Of a DNA stretch of 64,000 nt, positions 30,768 to 40,636 are shown piece by piece (within the stretch, counting starts at the first letter, position 1; the number at the start of each line of letters is the position of its first letter). Made by a program: the position numbers and the translations under genes. The stretch comes from Acidobacteriota bacterium (lineage in GTDB: Bacteria; Acidobacteriota; UBA6911; RPQK01; JAJDTT01). The notes under the pieces are model-generated. The model saw only the letters and a list, made by a program, of their open reading frames with translations, made no database searches and had not been told where the DNA came from. The stretch lies in the NCBI GenBank assembly GCA_965217775.1, contig CBDCJH010000002.1, positions 192,001 through 256,000 of the forward strand, given 5' to 3'.

Positions 30768-31723
30768 AGCAGAAGACTCTCGTCGTAGTCTTTCTCTTCC
30801 TTGAAATACTCTTCCACGCTGAAGTATCGGGAGCCTGTGTCCGGAAGGACGGTGACCACGTTCTGGTCCGGGGACAGTCGCTCGGCGACTTGCCGGGTCG
30901 CCAGCACGGCGGCGCCGGAGGAGACGCCGACCAGGAGCGATTCCTCCCGGGCCAGCCGCCGCGCCATGCGGAAGGCGTCTTTGTCGTCGACCGGAATCAC
31001 CTCGTCGATCACCTCCTGGTTCAGCACCGGAGGAATGAACCCGGCGCCGATCCCCTCGATGGCGTGCAGTCCCGGCGGCCGGCCGCTGAGCACGGCCGAA
31101 CTGGCCGGCTCGACGGCGACGATCCGGACGTCGGGTATGTGTTCCTTCAGATACTCGCCCACTCCGGTAATGGTTCCACCGGTTCCCACGCCCACCACGA
31201 GGGCGGCGACGTTCCCGCCGGTCGCCTCCATGATCTCGGGTCCGGTGGTCTCCCGATGCACCTGGGGGTTGGCCGGGTTCTCGAACTGCCGAAGCTCGAT
31301 CCAGCCCGGATTTCGCTCCGCCAGCCGGCGCGCGCGCCGAACTGCGCCCGGGATGTCTTCCTTCCCCGGCGTCAGCACCACCTCGGCTCCATAACGGATG
31401 ACCAGGGAGCGCCTTTCGAAGCTCATGGTCTCCGGCATGGTGAGGATCAGGCGGTATCCCCGCTCGGCACAGATCATGGCCAGTCCGATGCCGGTGTTCC
31501 CGCTGGTCGCTTCCACGATCCCCATTCCAGGCTGAAGCCATCCTTCAGTCTCGGCGGCATCGATCATGCTCCGGGCGATCCGGTCCTTGACGCTGCCCCC
31601 CGGGTTCAGGTACTCGAGCTTGGCCAGGATCGTCCCCTGCCCTTTTCGGCCCAGCCGGTCCAACCGCATCATGGGCGTCTTGCCGATCAGGTCCCCGATT
31701 TGAGTCTGGATGAAAGGATCCAT
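30764..31723 (-). CDS. cysK: Cysteine synthase A
   Basis: KLEYLNPGGSVKDR, EATSGNTG, GVGTGGT, HAIEGIGAG, PDTGSRY. Confidence 0.94.
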   Translation of the reverse strand: MDPFIQTQIGDLIGKTPMMRLDRLGRKGQGTILAKLEYLNPGGSVKDRIARSMIDAAETEGWLQPGMGIVEATSGNTGIGLAMICAERGYRLILTMPETMSFERRSLVIRYGAEVVLTPGKEDIPGAVRRARRLAERNPGWIELRQFENPANPQVHRETTGPEIMEATGGNVAALVVGVGTGGTITGVGEYLKEHIPDVRIVAVEPASSAVLSGRPPGLHAIEGIGAGFIPPVLNQEVIDEVIPVDDKDAFRMARRLAREESLLVGVSSGAAVLATRQVAERLSPDQNVVTVLPDTGSRYFSVEEYFKEEKDYDESLLL

Positions 31724-31919
31724 CTCGCTTCCGCTCGAAAAAACCGGCCGAACCCGCAGCCGGTCACCCGAGTCAATCCTCTCCCCGGAGGACTCCCCAA
31801 GGGATTCCGGCTCCTGGTGGATTCGTGTCACGGACCAAGGTAACGTATGTCGCGGCCAAAGAGGAGTCGTTCCCCAGCTTCTACTCCATGCCGGATTCAT
31901 CGGAACTCAGGAGCAGCGA

Positions 31920-32948
31920 ATGAAGGATCACCCGACCATCGATTATCGAGACTGCGACCGGCAGATCTGGGAAGAGGAACTGAGCGAATTTGTTCCGGAC
32001 CGGATTCTGGACGCGCACATTCACTTTTTCCGGGCCTCCGATTTTCCCGTCCCGCCCCCGCAAGGGACGCGGGACGATGCCGGGCTCGCCACTCTGAACG
32101 ATTGGGCCCGGGTTCTCTATCCAGGCCGGCGGATGCAGTATCTGATTCTGGGCATGCCGGTCGTGGGCATCGACGTCGGCCGGCACGTGGAGTCGGTCAG
32201 GCGGGAGATCGAAGGTGTGCCCGGCCTCCGCTACCATCGACTGGTCACGCCCTCCTGCCGAGTCCAGGACATCGAGCGGGACCTCCGGCACCCTCAGTTC
32301 ACCGGCCTGAAACCGTACCGGACGTATTCGGTGACCGGGGACATCGCCCAATGCCGAATCCACGAGTTTTTGCCGCATGAACAGATGGAGCTGGCGGACC
32401 ATTACGGTCTCTGGGTCACCATGCACCTTTCGCGCTTTCACGGCTGTGCCGACGAGTGGAATCTGGATGACCTGACGGAATACACCACCAAGCGGTACCC
32501 CAGGATCAAGTGGTTGCTGGCCCATTGCGCCCGCAGCTTCACCTACTGGCCCATTCGTCAGGCGGTGGAGAGGTTGCGGGATCTGCCCAACATCCACTAC
32601 GACACCTCGGCGGTGACCGATGTGCGTCCCTACATCACTCTTCTGACTAAGGAGGATCCGAAGCGGATCTTCTGGGGTTCTGACGGTGTCGGCGCCGCCT
32701 TCTTTCACGGTCACTACGCGGCGCTGGGCCGGGCCTGGCAGCACTATGACGCCGACGGCGGCCTCAAGTTCCCCCACTGCGACGGGCGACCCATTCTGTC
32801 GGTTTATGAGCAGCTCCTGTCCTTGCGGGATGCCGCCGAGATTGCTCAGCTGTCCCAAACGGACATCGAGGGCATCTTCTGGAGAAACGCGGCCACGGCA
32901 TTGGGGGTTCCAGAGGACGAGGGTGCCGCCAACGGGTCCGGAACATAG
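31920..32948 (+). CDS. Amidohydrolase_2 family metal-dependent hydrolase
   Basis: ILDAHIH, LAHCAR, YDTS, IFWGSD, IFWRNA. Confidence 0.82.
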   Translation: MKDHPTIDYRDCDRQIWEEELSEFVPDRILDAHIHFFRASDFPVPPPQGTRDDAGLATLNDWARVLYPGRRMQYLILGMPVVGIDVGRHVESVRREIEGVPGLRYHRLVTPSCRVQDIERDLRHPQFTGLKPYRTYSVTGDIAQCRIHEFLPHEQMELADHYGLWVTMHLSRFHGCADEWNLDDLTEYTTKRYPRIKWLLAHCARSFTYWPIRQAVERLRDLPNIHYDTSAVTDVRPYITLLTKEDPKRIFWGSDGVGAAFFHGHYAALGRAWQHYDADGGLKFPHCDGRPILSVYEQLLSLRDAAEIAQLSQTDIEGIFWRNAATALGVPEDEGAANGSGT

Positions 32949-32991
32949 GAAGTAATTCGTCGCATACAGGTCTAGGAGGCATGGAAGATCG

Positions 32992-34059
32992 ATGACGGAT
33001 CCACAGGGGATGGGGCGACGGGCCCGAGCCGAGGACTTGAGGGACTTTGCTGTACATCTCTTGGAACGGGCTGGCCTCAGTCCGTCCGCGACCCGGCGTG
33101 TGGTCGACAACCTGTTGGACGCCGATTTGAGGGGGGTCTACTCCCACGGGTTGTCGTTCCTCGACTTCCTGGTGGGTCGGGTCCAGAAGGGAGGAGTCAA
33201 CCCTCGCCCGCAAGTGAGGATCGTCTCCGACCGCGGAGCCGTTCTCCTTCTGGATGCGGATCGAGGCCCCGGACAACTGGCCGGCCACCAGGCCATGACC
33301 CTGGCCTGCGCCCGGGCCCGGGAGTCCGGGGTCGCGGCGGCGGGCGTGTTCCGGTCCAATCACTTCGGGACCGCCGGTTACTACGCGCGCATGGCCGCGG
33401 ATCAGGGTCTGATCGGACTCGCCGTCAGCAACACCGGCGCCTGCATGGCGCCCTGGGGCGGCTCCACGCCCACCTATGGGACCAATCCCCTGGCGATCGC
33501 CGTACCCACCGGCGGGGAGTTTCCCGTCATGATCGACATTGCCCTCAGCCGCGCCGCCTGGGGCAAGATCATGGTGACGCTGCTCCGGGGAGAGCCGATC
33601 CCGGGCGATTGGGTGCTGGACCGGAAAGGAGTGCCCACCACCGATCCCGAGGAGGTGGTCCGGGGGATGCCGGCCCCGATGGGGAATCACAAGGGATACG
33701 GGCTTGCCGTGATGGTGGACATTCTGAGCGGAGTGTTGACCGGGGCACTCTTCGGCCGGTACATCACGCCCCACCCTCCGGAGGAGGAGCCCCAGGACAC
33801 GGGCCACTTCTTCCTGGCCCTCTCGGTGGAGCATTTCATGGAGCCTGATCGTTTCCTGGCCCGGGTCAGGGACTACGTGGGCCAGTTGAAGTCGTCGGAG
33901 CTGGCTCCGGGATTCGATGAGGTACTCGTACCTGGTGAACCGGACTGGAGGATGGTCCGGAAGAGTCTCCGCGAAGGAGTCTGTCTGGAACCGGCGACCT
34001 GGAAGACGCTGGAGCGTCTCTCGGCGGAACTGGGAGTGCCCTGTCCGGAACGTTTCTAG
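32992..34059 (+). CDS. Ldh_2 family oxidoreductase (malate/L-lactate/L-sulfolactate dehydrogenase-like)
   Basis: ADLRGVYSHG, SNHFG, GTNPLAIAVP, HKGYGL, VLVPGE. Confidence 0.9.
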   Translation: MTDPQGMGRRARAEDLRDFAVHLLERAGLSPSATRRVVDNLLDADLRGVYSHGLSFLDFLVGRVQKGGVNPRPQVRIVSDRGAVLLLDADRGPGQLAGHQAMTLACARARESGVAAAGVFRSNHFGTAGYYARMAADQGLIGLAVSNTGACMAPWGGSTPTYGTNPLAIAVPTGGEFPVMIDIALSRAAWGKIMVTLLRGEPIPGDWVLDRKGVPTTDPEEVVRGMPAPMGNHKGYGLAVMVDILSGVLTGALFGRYITPHPPEEEPQDTGHFFLALSVEHFMEPDRFLARVRDYVGQLKSSELAPGFDEVLVPGEPDWRMVRKSLREGVCLEPATWKTLERLSAELGVPCPERF

Positions 34060-34092
34060 CGCACCTTTCCCACCGGGGGGCGCGCCCGTCTC

Positions 34093-35793
34093 TCAGCTCC
34101 CGTCGACATCGATGACCGGAAAGAGGATGTGAGACGGTCTGGCCGCGTCGTGGAAGACCGTCTGTTTCGCCGGCAACAATGTCGCTTCGGTGAAGTCGTT
34201 TCCCCCGGTATTGTGGTTCCTGTCGAAATTGGGAAAGTCGCTGCTGGAGAGATGGACTTCCATGCGATGTCCCGCCCGGAACAGGTTGCTGGTGGGATTG
34301 ACCTTGATCCTGTACTCGTAGACTCTTCCCGGCTCGATCAGGGATGGATTTCGGATCGAATCGCGGTAGCGGGCGCGAACGATGCCGTGGCAGAGTTCCT
34401 GGGCGAATCCATCGGGTCGTCGATCGATCAACTTCACCACGAAATCCGTATCGACGGCGGACGAGGCGGCGAACAGGGTCACTGAGATCGGCCCGGTGAC
34501 CTCCAGAGGGCGCTCCAGGGGAGGCGTGGCGTAAACCAGCAGGTCCGGCCTCCAGTCCAGTGGACTCTGGTCCCAGGGCTCCAGTTGACCCTGGAGCGAG
34601 AATCTCGTCATTACCGGATCCCGAGGGTCGTAGACGAACTCGTCCGGGGCCTCTTCCCGAGGAGGCCGCTTCGAGAGAACCCCATCACCATGCGCCGTAT
34701 TGGCGGCGCCTCCACTGTGAAAGTAGTACCTGGCGTAGCGCGTTCTCGCCAGTGGCCATTCGGACTCGGACCGCCAGCGGTTGGCCCCCATCACGAACAA
34801 CTGGATCGGTGGCCAGTCCTCTACCCCGTTGCGCTTCCCTTTGAGCCAGTAGTCGAACCAGGCGCCCGCAACCTCGAAGTAATCTCGCGATGCCTGCGGG
34901 CCGAAGTCGACTTCCCCCACAGTACGGTTCCACTCGGTCGAAGTGTGGGTCCACGGTCCGATGATCAGCCTGGTTCCGGCCCGGGCCCGCTCGGTACCGC
35001 CACTCCGCCGCATCCCGGTGAAGTGCTCGATGGACCCAATCTGCTGGTCGTACCAGCCGGTCGTGATCAGGGCGGGCACTTCGATCCTCGGATGTTTGGA
35101 TTTCAGATTGAGATGGTCTCCGGGATGGTTCCGCAGCCAGTGGCGGAAATGTTCGCCCATCCCCGGCATCGAGTGCTCGGGGATTTCCATCAAGGGAAGG
35201 AACCAGAGCCATTTGGACCGGTCGTGGTTGGCCCACTCCAGTTGCGCCACCTCCTGGTCCTTGGGTCCCCACTCCAGACCCGCCCTGCGGCGGGTGTCGA
35301 TGGACAGGCTGTTGACGCACCAGGTCAGGACCCGGCCGACGCGAAGGACTCCTCCCAGCTCACGATCCAGCAGGTCGGCCGCCATCCCTTGCGGCAGGAG
35401 GCATTGGAGGTGAGGAGGCCGCATATGGGCCAGCTCCCACTGTGTCCAACCCACGTAGGAGTTGCCGAACGTTCCCACTCGCCCGTTGGATTCCGGCAGG
35501 CCGGCCGCCCACTCCACGGTGTCGAATCCGTCTTCCGCGTCGCAATGGTCCGAGGACAGGAGGCCGGGCCTGAACTCGCCGTCCGAGGCGTAGCGCCCGC
35601 GCACATCTTGGGACACGACGAGATATCCTCGTTCGCAGAGCCGGCGGCAGACCTCCGAATGGGCCTCCTTGTCATAAGGGGTTCTGCAAAGCAGGGTAGG
35701 GAAGGGGCCCTTCCCTTCGGGGAGATGGAGATCGGACCGGAGCAGGGTGCCGTCCCGCATCGCTGCGGAGACGTTCTTGCGAATCTCGAGCAT
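34093..35793 (-). CDS. CocE/NonD family hydrolase
   Basis: RTPY, QDVRGR, GNSYVG nucleophile, GWYD, IIGPWTH, SSSDFPNFDRN. Confidence 0.92.
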   Translation of the reverse strand: MLEIRKNVSAAMRDGTLLRSDLHLPEGKGPFPTLLCRTPYDKEAHSEVCRRLCERGYLVVSQDVRGRYASDGEFRPGLLSSDHCDAEDGFDTVEWAAGLPESNGRVGTFGNSYVGWTQWELAHMRPPHLQCLLPQGMAADLLDRELGGVLRVGRVLTWCVNSLSIDTRRRAGLEWGPKDQEVAQLEWANHDRSKWLWFLPLMEIPEHSMPGMGEHFRHWLRNHPGDHLNLKSKHPRIEVPALITTGWYDQQIGSIEHFTGMRRSGGTERARAGTRLIIGPWTHTSTEWNRTVGEVDFGPQASRDYFEVAGAWFDYWLKGKRNGVEDWPPIQLFVMGANRWRSESEWPLARTRYARYYFHSGGAANTAHGDGVLSKRPPREEAPDEFVYDPRDPVMTRFSLQGQLEPWDQSPLDWRPDLLVYATPPLERPLEVTGPISVTLFAASSAVDTDFVVKLIDRRPDGFAQELCHGIVRARYRDSIRNPSLIEPGRVYEYRIKVNPTSNLFRAGHRMEVHLSSSDFPNFDRNHNTGGNDFTEATLLPAKQTVFHDAARPSHILFPVIDVDGS

Positions 35794-35879
35794 CTTGGCG
35801 GGCTCCCGTCACCTGATCCGATTCCCCGGGGTCGCTTGACGCCGCAGCATCGAAACCCTTGAGTTGAAAGAGCGTCAAG

Positions 35880-35927
35880 TCATTTCCACTCGGACACAAA
35901 GTTGGTGTCGAGTAGCCATCCATTCAC
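35880..35927 (-). pseudogene. Truncated VapC/PIN toxin remnant (MNGWLLDTNFVSEWK*)
   Basis: GTGA overlap with the antitoxin stop; LLDTN.VSE is the canonical PIN N-terminal motif; stop after 15 codons. Confidence 0.8.
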
Positions 35928-36238
35928 AACTCGACCTCACGGATCGGACTCCGCACGCCCTCATCGTCGAGTTCCAGGCGGTTCAATGGGGATTGAGACA
36001 ATAGTTCGTGCAGGCTGTCCGACGCAGCTTGGGAACGGAGGCGTTCGAACTCGGCCGCCGCGACGATGACGACCGCATCCTTGCCGCGAACTGTCACACG
36101 TTGCGGCTGGCCGGAGGCGGCGAGGCGGACGACGCGGCTGAACTTGGCTTTGGCCTCTCCCAACTTCCAGCCGTGAAACCGGGTCGAACCAGCGTGCCTG
36201 GTCCGACGAGGGTACTCCGTGGGATTCCTTTTTCTCAT
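35924..36238 (-). CDS. Phd/YefM family antitoxin
   Basis: WKLGEAKAKFSRVVRLA..PQRVTVRGKDAVVIV. Confidence 0.9.
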   Translation of the reverse strand: MRKRNPTEYPRRTRHAGSTRFHGWKLGEAKAKFSRVVRLAASGQPQRVTVRGKDAVVIVAAAEFERLRSQAASDSLHELLSQSPLNRLELDDEGVRSPIREVEL

Positions 36239-36252
36239 GACCAATTTGGTCA
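36238..36252. promoter_or_regulatory. Palindromic operator candidate for TA autoregulation
   Basis: TGACCAA-T-TTGGTCA perfect 7-1-7 palindrome abutting the antitoxin start codon. Confidence 0.55.
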
Positions 36253-36354
36253 CAATACGCGGAAGGAAGGATCTCTTCAAATCAGAACTGTCGCCGTTGT
36301 CCCTGTTTTTCCTCCTCGATACACTGCCCCGTCAGAAAGGAATGACACGTAGCC

Positions 36355-37590
36355 ATGTGCAAAATCCGACCACCCGCCTCCGTAACGGGAGACTTCCCGT
36401 TTCCGGCAATCTGGTTTCTGGCGTCGATCGGCATGCTCTTCTCTCCGATTGGTGCAGCGCCCGCGAAATCGAAGGATCGCCTCACGGTGAAGGTGGGCGA
36501 GCCGGTCGTGGTCACGCGGCAGCCTTCAAGGATTTGGAAGGATAACCGGTGGCTCTGGTTTCCCCAGATCAGCCGTTTCTCCACCGGAGAGCTGATGGTC
36601 GGGTTCTGGATGTCCAATGACGAACGCTATCCCGAAGGAAGTGATTTCGGGGGCTACTGCATCTCCCGGGACGGCGGCCGTACCTGGGGGTGGCGGCGCC
36701 TCCGAGGCTCGCCTGCCTGGAACAGGCACGCGTTCGAGGACGGTTCCCTGATCGAGGTCAGTTGGCTGACGGTGCCGGTCGAGCCCGATCGGCCGAAAAG
36801 GGTGCGGGCCGTCCTGACCCGGTTCCGGGACGGCGGCCGGTGGATGAGCCAGGAAGACGCCACGGTCTCCTTTCCCCGCCCGGTGAGGGTCGAGCCGGGC
36901 ATCACCGGCATGCCGGATGATCCCCCCTCCAAGGATTTGAGGTTCGCCGCGATGGGACAACGGGCCAACTCCTCCATGTACTTCGCCCGCTCCATGATAG
37001 CGATGCCCGACCGGCGGCTGCTGGCCACCATGTACGGCGTCTGGGAGGGGGACGCGGCGCGCCGCAGCGTGGTGGTCCAATCCACTGATGCAGGGAAGAC
37101 CTGGACCTATCTCTCCACCCTCTGCGACCCTCCGACGGTGGAAGCGGTCACGGGATACGAGAACCAGGGCTGCGAAGAGGCCAGTCTCGTCCGGTTGGCC
37201 GACGGCCGGCTCTTTTCCATCTTTCGCACCAAGAGCCGAGGGATGCTGTTGCAGTCCTGGTCATCCGACGGAGGGAAGACCTGGACCCGCCCGGTCTCGG
37301 CAGGGGTCGGCAGCGTCCTGCCCAAGCTGCTCCTGCTGAGCAACGGAGTCCTGGCCTGCTCCTATGGACGCCCCGGAGTTCACCTCATGTTCAGCCTGGA
37401 CGGGACGGGGCGCGAGTGGACTCACCACACGGAGGTGCCGCTGGAGGGGCGGGCCTCCACCTGCTACACGGACATGCTGGAGGTGGAACCGGGAGAGATT
37501 TTCCTGGTCTTCGACACTTCCTATACGAATTCGTGGCGCCGGGGAGAGGTGGACGTCTGCTTGGCCGGAATATCCGTCACAAGAGAGTAG
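36355..37590 (+). CDS. Sialidase-like BNR/Asp-box repeat protein, probably secreted
   Basis: Asp-boxes SRDGGRTW, STDAGKTW, SSDGGKTW, SLDGTGREW; N-terminal hydrophobic segment. Confidence 0.8.
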   Translation: MCKIRPPASVTGDFPFPAIWFLASIGMLFSPIGAAPAKSKDRLTVKVGEPVVVTRQPSRIWKDNRWLWFPQISRFSTGELMVGFWMSNDERYPEGSDFGGYCISRDGGRTWGWRRLRGSPAWNRHAFEDGSLIEVSWLTVPVEPDRPKRVRAVLTRFRDGGRWMSQEDATVSFPRPVRVEPGITGMPDDPPSKDLRFAAMGQRANSSMYFARSMIAMPDRRLLATMYGVWEGDAARRSVVVQSTDAGKTWTYLSTLCDPPTVEAVTGYENQGCEEASLVRLADGRLFSIFRTKSRGMLLQSWSSDGGKTWTRPVSAGVGSVLPKLLLLSNGVLACSYGRPGVHLMFSLDGTGREWTHHTEVPLEGRASTCYTDMLEVEPGEIFLVFDTSYTNSWRRGEVDVCLAGISVTRE

Positions 37591-37617
37591 TGAAAGAACA
37601 GTCGTAGCGGCGGGCCG

Positions 37618-40170
37618 TCAAGGGGCCAGCCGGAAGCCGTAGACGTGGGCCCGCTCCAGAACCACCCGCAGCCGAACCACTCTTCCATACACTTCCTGCA
37701 GGCCGGCCTCCTTCCACCGGACCGCATGCGCCACGGAGTCGCCGGACAAGGGGACCGACCCTTCCAACTCCAGCCCGGGGAAAACGTTTCCATCGGCGTC
37801 CTGCACCTCCACCCGGACGCCCCCACCGTCCTCGATCCGAGCGTTGATGAGGAGCCGATTGCCCTCCTGAACCAGGGGATGAGTCGTGAACTCCCCGCTG
37901 CCATCGGTGGGCTCGACATGGCCCAGCCTCCCGGCCTTGCATCGGGCCAGACCGGGGATCCAGACTGATGCCTGCGACTCCCTGAAGAAGTCGTCCCAGT
38001 TCGTAAAGAAGGGAGCCAACCGAAAATGGGGATAAGTTTCTCGAAAGACCTCCAAACCCACGTCGCGAAGGCTCACGCGGAGTTTCTTGACCGTGTCCCT
38101 GGCCGCCGCCAGCATGTAGCGCGCCTGGTTTCCCAGGTAAGGAAACCACCACTCCTCCTCCCCTTGGGCATCCGGCATGGAGTAGTAGGCGGACATGTCG
38201 TTGGCGAAACCGGCATCGAAGGTTCCCATCGTTCCGTTCGGCAGGAGTGGCATACGGCTCTTTCCGAAGCGGCGCCAGTGAATCTTGTCGCGGCTCCAGA
38301 CCAGCTCCTGAAACTGGGTCTGAAGGGTCAGGTTGTAGTGGAGCACGGCGCCGAGATAGAGCTGTCCTCCGGTGTCCGATTCCACGTGTCCGGCGGGATG
38401 AATGAACCCGAAGCCGTAGAAGCTGGTGCCGGGGAGGTCGTGCTCGTCAGGCGCGACGATGTGGCGCCGGTTCCAGGTTCTCCCGTCCCGGCTCCAGAGC
38501 AGGCCCCGGGTGCGGCGGGCGCTCTTCTTGAAGTATTCGTACGAAACGCCGTGAGGAGGGTAGGGGGGATACTCGGGCCTGAAGTAGTAGAAGAAGGCCT
38601 TGGACCCGGGGTCGTAGTGGGTGAAGGTGGAACGCGCCGACTGGTACAGAGCGAGCGGCTCGCCCTCGAAGGGATAGGTGGATGCCCGTTCCGTCGTCAC
38701 CATCAGGGTCATGCCGGTTCCGGAGCGGAGGATCGGCTCCCGGGTCAGGGCCAGAAAGTGGTCGCCCCTCCGCTCCAACCCCCAGAACTCGCCCGGCCGG
38801 GGCCGGAAGTCGCCTGAGTACTGGGCCGGAGAGTCGTCTGTCTTCCGGGAGAAATAGCGCAATACGAAGCGGTCCATGTCCACGGGTCCGTCCTGTCTCG
38901 GCTCGTAAAAGCGAAAACGGTAACGACGAGGAGTGGGCCGGTCCTTGTTGGGATAGGGGTAGCTGTCGGACTGTCCGTCCTGGAGGAAGTCCTCCTGAGT
39001 CAGGTCCCGCAGGATGTTGTTGTCTCGGGAGCCCTTGTAGGCAACCCGTCCCAGGTTCGGTTTTCGCCAGTGGACTCCATCGTCCGAGACCACTTGGCAG
39101 AGGTAGCGGGGCCGTCCGATCGATCCGGCGAACCGCCGGTAGAGGGGGTCCTCGTCCACCGCACCCGCAAAGTAGGTCGCCTGATACTGGCCGGTTTCCG
39201 GGTCCCGGGCGAGGGACTGCAGGCGGACCACGTACGACCCTTCCTCCCAGGGACGGTCGAGTCTCAGCATGGGGCCGTCCGAGAGGCGGCTCAGACCGTC
39301 GGGCCGGCGTCGCAGGCCTTGGGAGTCGGCCAGGATCCAGTCGTCCAGCAGGTACTGGTATTGGTGACCGGGCCTAAGAGGCAGTCGGGGAGACCGCGCC
39401 TCCTGGGAGTCCTCGATCCAGAAATGGCGGACCAGGTAAGGGCCCACCGCCTGCCCGTTCTTCAGGAGCCGGACCCGAAGCCAATACTCGCCCCGGGCCC
39501 AACCGGTGCCGTCGAAGCTGCGCCGCTGCGTGGTCTGGTCCAAGTCCAGCCGGACCGGGCCCGCCATCCGGGTCCGGTCGGGACCGAGTACGTCTACCTC
39601 CACGCGGCATGATTTCACCCGGTCCGGGAGAGTGCGGATGGTGTAGCCGATCTCGGGATGATCGATGTAGGCGGGGCGTTCGGGACTGCACTCGATGAAC
39701 TGCCGGCTGGAATCCGCCAGAGAGACCGGCCTTCCCGCGTTCAGGGGAAAGAAGTTGTGCGGGTCCAGCTGCAAGGTGCGGACGCCGGCCGGCTGTCCCT
39801 GGCTGAGGAGCTCCAACCGAAAGCGGTAGTGCCCCATCTCCCACCGCCAGTCGGGAAGAGGCCCGTAACGGCCCTCGTCCAGCAGGGGGAAGTCGACCTC
39901 GAGGGCTCCCATGTCCTTTTCCCGCGTCGCAATTGCGGTCATCTCATGGCTGAACCCGTGGGGCTGGACGACGGTGAGGCGGGCCTCCAGCGACGGTCCC
40001 GCCACTTGTGCAGGCCAGTCGAAGAGCAACTTTTGGCGGAAGTAGTCCTCGTGGCGGACCAGGATCCAGTGTTCCTCGGACCCTCCGGAGACCCCCGCCA
40101 ACAGGACCGCTGTCAGAGTCAAGCCCACAAGTGCCGAGAACCTCGATTTTTTGACCTGAATCCTCATCAT
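37618..40170 (-). CDS. Large secreted hypothetical protein, putative beta-propeller glycoside-hydrolase-like
   Basis: Signal peptide; SDDGVHWRKPNLG, SRDGRTW, SRDKIHW repeats; C-terminal beta-sandwich-like tail. Confidence 0.65.
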   Translation of the reverse strand: MMRIQVKKSRFSALVGLTLTAVLLAGVSGGSEEHWILVRHEDYFRQKLLFDWPAQVAGPSLEARLTVVQPHGFSHEMTAIATREKDMGALEVDFPLLDEGRYGPLPDWRWEMGHYRFRLELLSQGQPAGVRTLQLDPHNFFPLNAGRPVSLADSSRQFIECSPERPAYIDHPEIGYTIRTLPDRVKSCRVEVDVLGPDRTRMAGPVRLDLDQTTQRRSFDGTGWARGEYWLRVRLLKNGQAVGPYLVRHFWIEDSQEARSPRLPLRPGHQYQYLLDDWILADSQGLRRRPDGLSRLSDGPMLRLDRPWEEGSYVVRLQSLARDPETGQYQATYFAGAVDEDPLYRRFAGSIGRPRYLCQVVSDDGVHWRKPNLGRVAYKGSRDNNILRDLTQEDFLQDGQSDSYPYPNKDRPTPRRYRFRFYEPRQDGPVDMDRFVLRYFSRKTDDSPAQYSGDFRPRPGEFWGLERRGDHFLALTREPILRSGTGMTLMVTTERASTYPFEGEPLALYQSARSTFTHYDPGSKAFFYYFRPEYPPYPPHGVSYEYFKKSARRTRGLLWSRDGRTWNRRHIVAPDEHDLPGTSFYGFGFIHPAGHVESDTGGQLYLGAVLHYNLTLQTQFQELVWSRDKIHWRRFGKSRMPLLPNGTMGTFDAGFANDMSAYYSMPDAQGEEEWWFPYLGNQARYMLAAARDTVKKLRVSLRDVGLEVFRETYPHFRLAPFFTNWDDFFRESQASVWIPGLARCKAGRLGHVEPTDGSGEFTTHPLVQEGNRLLINARIEDGGGVRVEVQDADGNVFPGLELEGSVPLSGDSVAHAVRWKEAGLQEVYGRVVRLRVVLERAHVYGFRLAP

Positions 40171-40508
40171 GCCTTTTTCTCGGGCTTGGGCGTCTGGCAG
40201 CTCCAGCACGCCCCGAACTGTGCCTCGATGGCTTCTCCACAGCGGGGACAGTTCCAGTTTCCGTCCGCTTCCGGCGGGGACTCCCGGGAGGCGGACAACA
40301 CCTCCCGCGACTCGTCCGCATCGACCGGCCTCACGGCCACTTTGACCGCTCCGGCGCCGAATGCGGAGACGTAACTGGGGATCAGTCTTCCCATCTGCTC
40401 GTCCAGCAGGAAGGAGCCGATCCCGGCGCTCTCCAGCAGGTTCTTGGCCAGCGTCGCATCGAAGACGCTGCCGACAAAGACGATCACCAAGTCATCCTGT
40501 TCCGCCAT
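40167..40508 (-). CDS. DUF2007 domain protein with C-terminal zinc ribbon
   Basis: AKNLLESAGI motif; WNCPRCGE..EAQFGACWSC. Confidence 0.82.
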   Translation of the reverse strand: MAEQDDLVIVFVGSVFDATLAKNLLESAGIGSFLLDEQMGRLIPSYVSAFGAGAVKVAVRPVDADESREVLSASRESPPEADGNWNCPRCGEAIEAQFGACWSCQTPKPEKKA

Positions 40509-40636
40509 GGTGTCCCTTCAGCCCAGTCTACTACGAAGCGTCCACGACCAAGCTCGCCGGCAGGACTCCTCCCCCGCTCCAAAACCTCCATCTTGTCGGG
40601 AGGGGACGGCTACAATAGAGGCCGGACGGAGGATTC

